Source: a virus | Lineage: Duplodnaviria; Caudoviricetes | Length of the DNA stretch: 64,000 bases | Direction: 5' to 3' (one strand) | Virus record (IMG/VR): IMGVR_UViG_2619619233_000003 | Coordinates: 1-64,000 of that record | Shown here: one piece after another, positions 1-8,900 of the stretch | Position numbering within the stretch: position 1 is the stretch's first letter | Layout: each line of letters opens with the position of its first letter | Notes under the pieces: generated by a model | Seen by the model: the letters and a program-made list of their open reading frames with translations, nothing else | Told to the model about the DNA's origin: nothing | Databases searched by the model: none | Position numbers and translations under genes: made by a program

Positions 1-264
1 ATGCAGAAACTTCTAGCCATTCTTGCTTCGCTCACTGTCATCGTGTGCGGCGGCGTTTTCTTGTCAGGGGAATGGTCTAAATACCAATACAGAGAAAGCC
101 TGCGGCGCGCTAAGTTGGAATTGTTTAGGCTTGCCGAAGCTGGCCCGGACGAAGAATATAAGGTGAGTAACTACTGTCGCCTTTTTGTCGAGGCGGCGCC
201 TCATGTGCAAGATCAAGGCATAAAGGACACTGCGAAAGACTGCCTGCGTTTTGGCTTCCATTGA
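1..264 (+). CDS. Hypothetical membrane-anchored protein (right-end cargo)
   Basis: ATG at 1, hydrophobic N-terminus (LLAILASLTVIVCGGVFL), 87 aa. The start may lie upstream. Confidence 0.5.
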   Translation: MQKLLAILASLTVIVCGGVFLSGEWSKYQYRESLRRAKLELFRLAEAGPDEEYKVSNYCRLFVEAAPHVQDQGIKDTAKDCLRFGFH

Positions 265-302
265 GTTCAACACGGATGGGTATATCCCACCTTACATCTC
301 CG

Positions 303-596
303 ATGCCCGACAGTTACCAACCCAAATATACCTGGAAGCGCACGCAGATCGACGAGGCCGATCCGCCGACAGATTTTGACTGGATCGGCTATGAAGGTAA
401 AGGCGCGGTCGGCAGGGTCAGGAAAGAGATGCACGGTCCGACCAAGGGCCGCTGGCTCTGGGCCGGCTGGTACCCACGACCGTTCAAGGGAACGCCGCCC
501 ACGCCCAATACCGGATACGCGGCCACCTGCCGCCTCGCGATGCAGAAGTGCGAGGAATATTGGGACCGCTGTAAGGATGTAATGAAAGAGCGTTAG
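303..596 (+). CDS. Hypothetical Trp-rich protein
   Basis: ATG at 303 (MPDSYQPKYTWKRT...), protein-like composition, converges on the formyltransferase gene. Confidence 0.6.
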   Translation: MPDSYQPKYTWKRTQIDEADPPTDFDWIGYEGKGAVGRVRKEMHGPTKGRWLWAGWYPRPFKGTPPTPNTGYAATCRLAMQKCEEYWDRCKDVMKER

Positions 597-639
597 GGGG
601 CTTTAAGCCATCCTTGAGGACACCTTAAAGCCCACTTGG

Positions 640-1194
640 TTAAACCCCGCTGCGCTGCTCCGAGGCCGGGAGAAAGCCGTATCCATCTAGGTGGTCGACG
701 GCTCTGGCTATCAACTCAACGCCCATGGGTGCGAGGCACCGGCGCCACAGATCGGCAGGCGTGTCGGCTTTGCCGATAAAGCACCAATCCTGAAACACGA
801 CGCCGCCCGCGTCCATCTCGTCGGTGAGGTGATAGACGGTTCCTCCCGTGACACTTTCGCCGGCGTTGATCGCGTCCTCTACGGCGCGTGGCCCCCGGTA
901 AAGTGGGAGGAGCGATGGATGGTATCCGATGCTCCAAGCGGCGCCGGCTCTAACCGCCGGCGGAACATACGCAAAGGACCCGGCCGTAATCAGCAAGTCG
1001 ATACGTTCGGGCAAGCTGAAATCCCTCAGCCCTCGGCCGCCGTAGATGAACGTCTCGATGCCGGCGCACGCGGCCGCTGAGGCGAGCCTGTCGTCGGCGT
1101 CCGGAGCGGCCACGATCTGCACCGTGGCGGAGCCGCCGATGGCTTCAAGAACCTGCGCCCCGATCCACTTTTGACCTATTAATGCTATGCGCAT
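640..1194 (-). CDS. Formyltransferase (Formyl_trans_N domain only)
   Basis: GYHPSLLPLYRG, TGGTVYHL and MDAG motifs of the Fmt/PurN family; no C-terminal tRNA-binding domain. Start overlaps the stop of the upstream gene. Confidence 0.9.
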   Translation of the reverse strand: MRIALIGQKWIGAQVLEAIGGSATVQIVAAPDADDRLASAAACAGIETFIYGGRGLRDFSLPERIDLLITAGSFAYVPPAVRAGAAWSIGYHPSLLPLYRGPRAVEDAINAGESVTGGTVYHLTDEMDAGGVVFQDWCFIGKADTPADLWRRCLAPMGVELIARAVDHLDGYGFLPASEQRSGV

Positions 1195-2306
1195 TCCCGC
1201 ACCTCTATCCCTTCAATGTACCTGAACCCTTGAACAGCGCGGAAATGGCCACCGTATCCCGATTTGGTGGATGTTCCCCGCCCCAGTTCCTTTTCGGTTG
1301 CGCCCTTCGGGCCGCCGTAAAGAACGCCGGAAACCTGCGTCCAAAGTGGGTCGCGGCGAAGGGCGGCCGCCAAGCCGGGATGAGAGGTATGGAAGAGAAC
1401 CGGCATCGGCTTGCGATAGCGGTTCTGGCCGCGCCGCCATGCGGCGCAAACTGTATTCAGGAAGCGGGTTCCGACACCCGCGCCCTGCCACTCCGGCATC
1501 ACGACCAGGCGGCAGGCCCGCGCCTCTACAAGGCCCGGCCGGGTGGACACCGCCAGGTGCGCCACAGGCTCCCCGTCGACGAACGCGACGTAGCAATCGG
1601 CCGCGATCATCCGGGGCATTTTCAGATAGTGATGCGGTTCAAAATAACGCCACCATCGCCAGTCGGTCTTTCTGATTTCCACGGTGATCCGGGGGCGTCG
1701 CCGAAGATACCTCCCGGTGAAAGCACCTGTCGCGGTATCAAAGACCCAATCCGGGTCAAGCCAGTCGATGATGTCATAATGGCAGGAGAGCAGCGCGGCC
1801 CGCCCACCAGTTCGCCGCCATGCCTTGCCGAAGGCCAGCGCGCCCACGCGGGCGATCTGCCGATCGACAACGGAGGTGAATTCGTCAATCACGATCTCAG
1901 CCGGCCGGTCGCAAACGATGCGGGCGAGATCGGCGCGGAAGCGTTCTCCGTTCGATAACACATGCCACGGCCGCAACCAGCTCGGCACGGACCCAAGCCC
2001 GACCGCAGATAGCGCGGCCGTTGCGTTATCGAACGATCCGGCGGCATCGATGACATCGATTATCGGCTTGTTTGTCGGCCACTCGATCGAGGCGGTTTTG
2101 TCGGTGCCGAAGAGATGGCGGCCGAGCGTTGACTTTCCCGAACCGGAGGGACCGACGATGAGGCCGAGCCGCCAGTCCGCATCCTCGATCGGCAGGTCGA
2201 CCGAAAGTTCAAAGCGACTGCCATCTTCGACGTTGAAGAGGCTCCGGACCCGAGCGGCGCGGTAGCTGTCGAAATTTTCGCAGGTGTTGATGAGGTCAAG
2301 CTTCAC
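1185..2306 (-). CDS. ABC-ATPase / GNAT acetyltransferase (Mom-like) fusion
   Basis: Walker A GPSGSGKS, signature LSNGE, Walker B IVIDE, H-loop LSCH, then HHYL and the GNAT motif RLVVMPEWQGAGVG. GTG start at 2306 overlaps the upstream TGA (GTGA). Confidence 0.88.
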   Translation of the reverse strand: MKLDLINTCENFDSYRAARVRSLFNVEDGSRFELSVDLPIEDADWRLGLIVGPSGSGKSTLGRHLFGTDKTASIEWPTNKPIIDVIDAAGSFDNATAALSAVGLGSVPSWLRPWHVLSNGERFRADLARIVCDRPAEIVIDEFTSVVDRQIARVGALAFGKAWRRTGGRAALLSCHYDIIDWLDPDWVFDTATGAFTGRYLRRRPRITVEIRKTDWRWWRYFEPHHYLKMPRMIAADCYVAFVDGEPVAHLAVSTRPGLVEARACRLVVMPEWQGAGVGTRFLNTVCAAWRRGQNRYRKPMPVLFHTSHPGLAAALRRDPLWTQVSGVLYGGPKGATEKELGRGTSTKSGYGGHFRAVQGFRYIEGIEVRECA

Positions 2307-2479
2307 GTCACCACCACCTTTATCTTGCAAGCGCGGATTGCGGAGAGAGCGTCATAGAGCTTAGCCTGATCGCTTTCGCTTTCGCAGACGAGAATGACGC
2401 CCCATTGGGGTTTGTAGCTGTACTTGTTTTTACCGGGGGATGTTTTTGGAAGAGGTGGAAGGTCTGTCGTTTGAGGCAT
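2303..2479 (-). CDS. 58-aa hypothetical protein (not in the ORF track)
   Basis: RBS AAGGAG then ATG at 2479. Translates to MPQTTDLPPLPKTSPGKNKYSYKPQWGVILVCESESDQAKLYDALSAIRACKIKVVVT. Overlaps the com 3' end and is coupled to the ABC-GNAT start. Confidence 0.75.
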   Translation of the reverse strand: MPQTTDLPPLPKTSPGKNKYSYKPQWGVILVCESESDQAKLYDALSAIRACKIKVVVT

Positions 2480-2648
2480 TAAGCCGCTCCTTAGATCGCC
2501 GCTCCTGGCGGTCGGTTAAGGGCTCTGCTGGCCTCAAGTGATTGATGGTGCCGCAACGGCGGCACTTGATTTCGATATCGTTAGATATAGCACCCTGTCC
2601 AGCCCGGAAAAGGAGGGCTGAACAGGTGCCACAACGAATGTTTTGCAT
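2430..2648 (-). CDS. com: Com family zinc-ribbon translational regulator
   Basis: IRCxxCxxLL...IKCxRCxxIN four-cysteine motif, located at the right end after the tail genes. Confidence 0.9.
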   Translation of the reverse strand: MQNIRCGTCSALLFRAGQGAISNDIEIKCRRCGTINHLRPAEPLTDRQERRSKERLNASNDRPSTSSKNIPR

Positions 2649-2678
2649 ATCAAAAAGCTCACGAGTCAGTCACAAAAG

Positions 2679-2801
2679 ACCCGCCCTGCAGGGTACGGGT
2701 GCGACGGTTATCGTGTGTCGCTGTCGGACGGGTTTGGACGCCAATCTTTGGCCCGTCGCTTGAGGTGCTTTGGCACCTCGGCCACCCGGTCATTCCGGAT
2801 G
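2679..2801. ncRNA. Conserved structured RNA upstream of com (leader or antisense sRNA)
   Basis: Several hairpins conserved with the copy at 43417-43542, including compensatory changes and G-U pairs on the + strand. Confidence 0.5.
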
Positions 2802-2809
2802 TTGCCTGT

Positions 2810-2842
2810 GCATCTGAGGAGGCGAACACCTTCCTCAGATGC
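2810..2842. terminator. Strong hairpin after the tail-fibre region
   Basis: GCATCTGAGG ... CCTCAGATGC 10-bp stem; no clear U-tract. Confidence 0.4.
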
Positions 2843-2846
2843 CGCT

Positions 2847-3248
2847 TCACGTGTCGGTCATGGCGCCGGCGATAAACTGCGCAAGCACTTCACCATGCTC
2901 TTTGAGACCGTTTTCTGCATAGTGCGTCGAGTCGCTCAGTGTTTCGATGTAAGCTCCTGTCTGCGCGTCCACGGTGCTTGAGTACTTGAAGCCAGCATCG
3001 CGGTTAACCGTGCAGTAGATCGGGACGAGGACCACCTTCGGGTCGCCAAGATCGCGGACAAACTTCACGAATGCCTTCAAACCGTCCCAGTGCTTCGTCT
3101 GCCATCTCGTTTCGGTCGACTGCCGCCCGTAGGAATTATACACGAGCACGATTCTTGCCGCTGGGCAGGCTCTTCGGATTTGGCTCACCATTACCCTCAG
3201 GCCCTCTTGAATTTGCAGTAATGAGCGCGGCGCGTCCTTCTGGACAAA
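2847..3248 (-). pseudogene. C-terminal remnant of an SGNH-hydrolase tail protein
   Basis: Frame is open from an upstream TGA at 3249-3251 and has no convincing start. It retains block V DSTHY but lacks blocks I-III. A 10-bp direct repeat (CTTCTGGACA) marks the breakpoint. Confidence 0.55.
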
Positions 3249-3303
3249 TCAGCGTTAGCTTCTGGACACCAAAACAAAAAAAGTAGCCGATAGGATTTAT
3301 CAC

Positions 3304-4113
3304 CTAGTGCGCTGCAAACCCATACCTGTCACCAAGCACTTTTTCCACTTGCGAAACGAGTGTGGCGTTGTCCAGAATGTATGAATTAAAGACCATGAAC
3401 TCCGCGATGCCGCCACCCCGCAGCGCATTAGCGCGCCCGAAAGCATCCCCACCAGACGCACCGATCGCCAGTTTCCGCGCCGCACCAATTGTTCCGGTCA
3501 CACCTGTTCGCTGCTGATCTGACAAGCCACGGTTAGCGCGTACCCTCATCCGTCCAGCGGTTGAATCATAACCGACAATTGCCAGGAAAGGGACATTACT
3601 TACCGGCGTGAATGCTCCTACACCGGTATTGAAGATTACATTCTCCGAATGCTTGATCTGTATTCGACCGTTAGACTGGTTTACGCCAACCGCGAAAGTG
3701 AGTGGTGAACTCTCAGCGTCATTGCCGAAGAAATAGTAATTCGATCCAGTTCCTGTCTTCCAATGTCCAACCCAGGCGAATGTATACGAGCCAGAAGATG
3801 GAAGGACGTCTTCGCCGCTCCGAAGCTCCGGCGGGTTTAGGAAGATGTCGGTGATTTCGATATACGGTTTGTTATTGTACATCCCATTCGTAGGGCGCAC
3901 GATCGGAGGCATAGGGCTTCGGGGAATTTTGTTGAACGACACACCCCGCGCTCGATCAACGATACGGGATTGTTCGTAGTTAATGCTCGCCCGTGTCCAG
4001 GCAACCAAAGTTTGGCTGTTAAAAATTGCCATCTCTTCATCGGTTGGGCGAAGACTTCCAAAGTCGGCCGCGCCGGGAACTGGCTGGGGTAATGTCCGGA
4101 AATTTACGGTCAT
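3304..4113 (-). CDS. Tail-associated beta-sandwich (LamG/ConA-like) protein
   Basis: RBS AAGGAGG, ATG at 4113; C-terminal GGIAEFMVFN...LGDRYG pattern of LamG-like folds; lower GC than the flanks. Confidence 0.6.
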   Translation of the reverse strand: MTVNFRTLPQPVPGAADFGSLRPTDEEMAIFNSQTLVAWTRASINYEQSRIVDRARGVSFNKIPRSPMPPIVRPTNGMYNNKPYIEITDIFLNPPELRSGEDVLPSSGSYTFAWVGHWKTGTGSNYYFFGNDAESSPLTFAVGVNQSNGRIQIKHSENVIFNTGVGAFTPVSNVPFLAIVGYDSTAGRMRVRANRGLSDQQRTGVTGTIGAARKLAIGASGGDAFGRANALRGGGIAEFMVFNSYILDNATLVSQVEKVLGDRYGFAAH

Positions 4114-4123
4114 GGCTTCCTCC

Positions 4124-5971
4124 TTAAAGTGAAATGCTTTCGGTGCATGCCCAATGGAATAACGCGGCCCCATCTGACGAATCGGTGTCGTAGGGGTCCG
4201 ATGACCGGACGCCTGACCGGATGCCGTGCACTGGACCTTGCGAGTTTGCTGTCCGTCGCGATGCGATGAACACCCGCTTTTTCAACCCATTCGGTGCCGC
4301 TGAAAGTGTCACTTCGAGAACTGTGTTATCCGTCGATGAAACTGCGATGCCGGTGACAGTCGGGGATGAGCCACTGCCATCCGTGAAGTCAATACCTTTG
4401 CCCGCGCCGAGGGTCGAGATCGTTATCATACTGTCATCTGTTTCGATGGCGATTGGATAAGGGTACTTCAACGCAAACACGGTGGGCGAGATCCACCAGT
4501 GCTCCAATACCCGCAGGGGCGTAAACCACGGCCCAAAAAGGTCATTCAGCAAGGCAAAGCCGAACATTCTACCGATCCGCCTGTAGCCCCGAGCGCTGGC
4601 ATGGGCGTTATCAACATCTGCGGCTCCGGGCACGCCACCGCCTGTGGAGTCAGGCGCAAAGTAATTCGGCCCCACACATCTCCAGCCAGGGTCGAAGTCT
4701 TGCGCATCAAGGATCGCCTCAGCCACTTGAGAATGCGCGCCAACCACGCTGGAGCCTCGGCATGGCTGATAAGCGTACCCTCTGACTGGTTCATTCTGAC
4801 CAGTGACAAGCCTAACCTCGGCCTCAATGTCAAAGCGGAGTTGTGACAGCGCACGGCGATACTGCCAGCGTTCGGTCGGAACCGCAGTATCCGTTTCTCC
4901 ATGCGCCAATACCAGCGCCGGTACGATCAACCGCTTCCCCCGCCCTGCGGCTATCTCAGCCGCTCGGCGTACTAGCCGAATGGCCTCTTCGTATTCATTC
5001 GCACCACGCTTGAGACCGAAGTTACTACCTGACTGCCCGGCGTATCGGACTCCGCCTTCTGCTGAGATGGCGAAAACGATCTCGGGCTTCTTCCCAAGTG
5101 CTGCGCCCAGCCCCCTCATGATGACATCGGCCATACCAGAGCAGACAGTTTCCTTTGATCCGCGATAAAGCTGTTCGAACAAATCGGTGAATCCGTTTAC
5201 TGTCCGACCGCCCGGGCGCGTCCCCACGTCAAACATCATTGCTGCGCCGGGATGTTCTGGAGACGTAGTAACCGTAGCATCAGTCTCAAGCGTGTTGTAA
5301 CCCTGCGCAAGCGATTGCCCCATCACAAGCACCATGTAAGTTACGTTTTCAATGAATTGGTAGCCCGGAGAACCTTGGAAGAGGTATGATGATGCAGGGG
5401 AAATAATAGAGGCAGCGCCGGAACGCATATCGATAGTGGCACCGCCCCGCTTTTTTCCAGACACAACTTTACCATCAAGATCGAATACGACATCTTCCCA
5501 CTCACCCTCAATATCGGGGCCTGTTTTGGGTGTAGCCGCGATGCCGGTTTCAACAGCGAGCGGGTCAAGAAAATCACCAATGCGCTGCCACGCTGAGCCA
5601 GACCAGCGATATTCACCACTGTTTGGAACGGTGCCACCAACCACAGGATCGGTGTGGGTTCCTGCATCGCTTGTGGCAACACGGCCGGGTTGCCCCGCCT
5701 GAGCGCCAGGCGTGGCAACGAGTTGTGCCCACGACACGGCGACCTTATATCCTTCAGCCGCGGCCTCGATGCGATTACCGAGGTCCTGCATGCTGTTGTT
5801 GAGCGTTGTCCGGACGGCGGAAAATTCGTCAGCAACAGCGCCGTTTCCAGCGATCTGACTGGCAAGGTCTGACGTTCTCTGGATTGCCGTCGAACCATCA
5901 CGGTTGACGATTAACTCATCAGAGAGTGCGGTGCGCTTTGCAAGGTTTGTGGTCGATACGGGAGCGTTCAT
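4124..5971 (-). CDS. Tail fibre/spike protein with a SASA/SGNH carbohydrate esterase domain
   Basis: N-terminal phage anchor (HTDPVVGGTVPNSGEYRW), then GQS, HGETD and DNAH esterase blocks; directly follows the TipJ gene. Confidence 0.75.
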   Translation of the reverse strand: MNAPVSTTNLAKRTALSDELIVNRDGSTAIQRTSDLASQIAGNGAVADEFSAVRTTLNNSMQDLGNRIEAAAEGYKVAVSWAQLVATPGAQAGQPGRVATSDAGTHTDPVVGGTVPNSGEYRWSGSAWQRIGDFLDPLAVETGIAATPKTGPDIEGEWEDVVFDLDGKVVSGKKRGGATIDMRSGAASIISPASSYLFQGSPGYQFIENVTYMVLVMGQSLAQGYNTLETDATVTTSPEHPGAAMMFDVGTRPGGRTVNGFTDLFEQLYRGSKETVCSGMADVIMRGLGAALGKKPEIVFAISAEGGVRYAGQSGSNFGLKRGANEYEEAIRLVRRAAEIAAGRGKRLIVPALVLAHGETDTAVPTERWQYRRALSQLRFDIEAEVRLVTGQNEPVRGYAYQPCRGSSVVGAHSQVAEAILDAQDFDPGWRCVGPNYFAPDSTGGGVPGAADVDNAHASARGYRRIGRMFGFALLNDLFGPWFTPLRVLEHWWISPTVFALKYPYPIAIETDDSMITISTLGAGKGIDFTDGSGSSPTVTGIAVSSTDNTVLEVTLSAAPNGLKKRVFIASRRTANSQGPVHGIRSGVRSSDPYDTDSSDGAALFHWACTESISL

Positions 5972-5978
5972 TTTTTCC

Positions 5979-8900
5979 TCAGCGAATTGTCACGGTGAAC
6001 GGGCCGGAGATCGGACCGGCCACGCCGTCAGAATTTTGGGGTTCAAGCCAGAAGTAGTGGACGCCCTGCGCAAGGCAGGTTGCGGTTTCGAGGTAGGCGA
6101 ACACATCGTCCAGAGCGCCCGCGAAGGTGGCGGAAGCATTGAGGCCGAAGGTGTTGTTGCCGCTGACAACCTGCACCCGGTCGGAGAACATGCCGTTGGC
6201 GGCGCGGGCCGCGCCGTTGACCGTGGTGCCGCCAGTCAGGCGCGGTGTGATGTTTCCGGCCGTCACGCCGGAGAGCGTGAAGCCGAGCCGGTAATATGAT
6301 CCTGCCGTGACCGCGAGCGGCTGCGATACAGCGCTGGCGGTCCCAGCCGTCTTCGTGGCTTTGCCCGAGCCGACCGCCCAGCCGGTGCCAAGTGTCCATG
6401 TGTCAGCGCTGTCAAAACCGCCATTGATAAGCAGGTTCTGCCGGGTGGTATCGCCCACGGGGACGGAATAGCTGCGCGACGGTTCGACAGAAACGATGCC
6501 CGCGCGATCGGTGTCGCGGTTAAGCGAGGGCGAGGTGGAGCGGTAAAGCTGCACCCGCGTGACGGCGGTATCGTCGCTGGTGAGGAACTGGACGACCGCG
6601 CCGCCGAGCAATGCACCAATGGCGATGTCACCTTCCGGCAGGCCACCGGGCAAGGCGGCGTCGTCTGCGCCGACGACAAAGGCCGTAACGGCGGTGTATG
6701 GCCCCGGCTTTCCTGTCGCGGAAAAGGCCCGTGCCCGCATATGGAGGCCAGTGCCGTTAGAATATGCCGTCAGCGAACCGCCGCCGTTTGCGGCCGGGAT
6801 GGTGAGCGTGGTCCAGACGGTCGTACCGATCTGGCGATGATCGATCTCGAAGGATGCCGAGCCGACCGGGCCGGAGCCGGGTTCGATCAGATAGTCGATA
6901 CGGTTCGCCACGCCGGTTCCCGATACGCCCGAACGAATGGACGTAAAACGCGGCGCTGGCGGAATGAGGCCGCTCTGGTCGATCTCGGTACCCGAACGGC
7001 CGGACCATGCCGGAATGTCTTCGGCGTCTACCAGCTGGTCGATAACGGGAGCCGCATCAACCAAGCGGAGATGGGACGAGAAATCCTCGCCTGCCTCGAC
7101 GCCGGTGACGACAAGCGCGTAATCGACAGTGGACGCCTCCCCGAAGTGCAGAAGGTCGCCAGCAAGCGGCATGTCGCCGTCGCCATTGACTATGAGCGAT
7201 GAGCGCTCGCCCGCGACCGTCTGGACCGTGCGAATGACGGAGACGCCAATGGTGTCGGCTTCCGTGAGGCCGCTGCGGAAGCGGATGGCGTAGTTCTTGC
7301 CCGCTTCCATGGTGACTTGCTCATCGATTTCGATCAGTCGGCCGGACACGCTCTTGATGCGAGCGGCGACCTGCACGCGATTGATGATATCGCTCGACAG
7401 CTGGACGAGATCGCCACGGGTCGCGACCCGGATCGGGCCGTCCTGCGAGACCGTGTAAACGTCCGGCCGGTGCATCGCCTCATACATGCGGCGGCGGGTT
7501 TCGCGATAGATTTCGTCGGGCCAGACTTTACCGGGCATCTCCAGCGTCTCGACCAGACGCATTTCCGCGCCTTCCTTGCCGGGCCACGGCACGATACGTT
7601 CCGCCGCCTTGAAGTCATTGGTGGCGTCAAGGAACTGCACACGAAATCCGTCTGGCGGTTCGACATAGGAGCGCGAAACGCGCAGATCGTAGCTGTTGCG
7701 CGGGCTGACGTGATCGACCAGCAGCTTGTCGGGCCGGTCGATGGTAACGGACCATTTGAGGCCGTCATGACGCGGGCTGGCGCGACCGGCTGCGGCGATC
7801 TCCGTTAGAAGATCACGCATGGTGGTAGACTTGTCCTCGATGGCGCGGTCGTATCTGAGACCCTTCACGCGGCAGAGATCATGCCACTCCGCCAGCGCCT
7901 CCAGATCGATGGCCGAATCGGTTGCCGCTTTTGGATTGGACGGTGACTGAAGCACATAGCGATAGAGGGATGCCGGGCTGCTGGTGGCGCGCTCGATCCA
8001 TTGCCCGCTCGTATGGTCGTAATCGAGGCACGGCCGCGAAACCAGTGCGTTGAAATTATCCAACTGGCCATTCAGCTGATGCGTGGCTTTCACGCGCAGC
8101 GACACCAGCGCCAGCGGTTGAGGGAAGTTGAGCGGATATTCCGGCCGGATGGTTTGCAGTGCTGCCCATGTGGTGCGCTGCTGGATTTTGGTGTCGGTGG
8201 TTTCCGCCGTCTCCATGACACAGCGAACCTGCCAGCGGCCACGTGTCGGGAAATTCCATGTATGCTGGCGATAGAAGGCTTCGAGCTTGCGGGCGTTGAC
8301 CTCGATCACCGTCACCGGCTGCCAGCCTTCGGCGTCAATAGGGCGCTGCTCGATGCGGACGCGCACAACGTGGGCATTGGCCTTGCCCTCGTCATTGTAA
8401 CGCAGAAGACCGGCAGGCCATGCAAGGATGACGCTTGCCCCTGAAGCGTCAGCGCCAGTGGTTCTGACGACCGGCTCTTCGGTCGCAGCGCCACCCTCGA
8501 TCACCTCGCCCAGATCGTCACGCGGGAGCGGCTTCAGCAGTTCCGCGCCGATGCTCTCCTCCACGATCTGGCGTGGAAAAAGCGACAGGGGCGCATCGCC
8601 GGGACGGCCCTCGCGGACCTCCATCTCCACCTCGTCATATTCGGAGATATCGGTGTCACCGACACGGAAGCCAGAGAGCGTCAGCGGGCCGTATCCGAAG
8701 CAGAACATGCAGACGAGATATTGCCAGTCACCGACAATCTCCGTGTAGGTGTAGGCACCGAAGGGCGGCGCATAACGCACCGTGCCGAGAACCAGCGGGA
8801 CAGCGCCATCAGGCTCCAGCCGGTTGCGCCACCCGGTGATAGTGTAGCGGTTTTCCGCTTCCAGCGTTTCCGGTTTGGGCGGCGGGATCAGCGCATTGAT

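Noticed and set aside
640-1194. Housekeeping fmt or purN
   Set aside because: Lacks the Fmt C-terminal domain and the PurN N-terminal phosphate-binding loop, and is coupled to a phage operon.
1185-2330. ABC transporter ATP-binding subunit starting at TTG 2330
   Set aside because: No permease nearby and the protein is fused to a GNAT domain. GTG at 2306 coupled to the upstream stop is the better start.
2847-5971. Invertible G-segment or diversity-generating retroelement at the tail fibre locus
   Set aside because: No invertase, long inverted repeats, reverse transcriptase or TR/VR pair seen.
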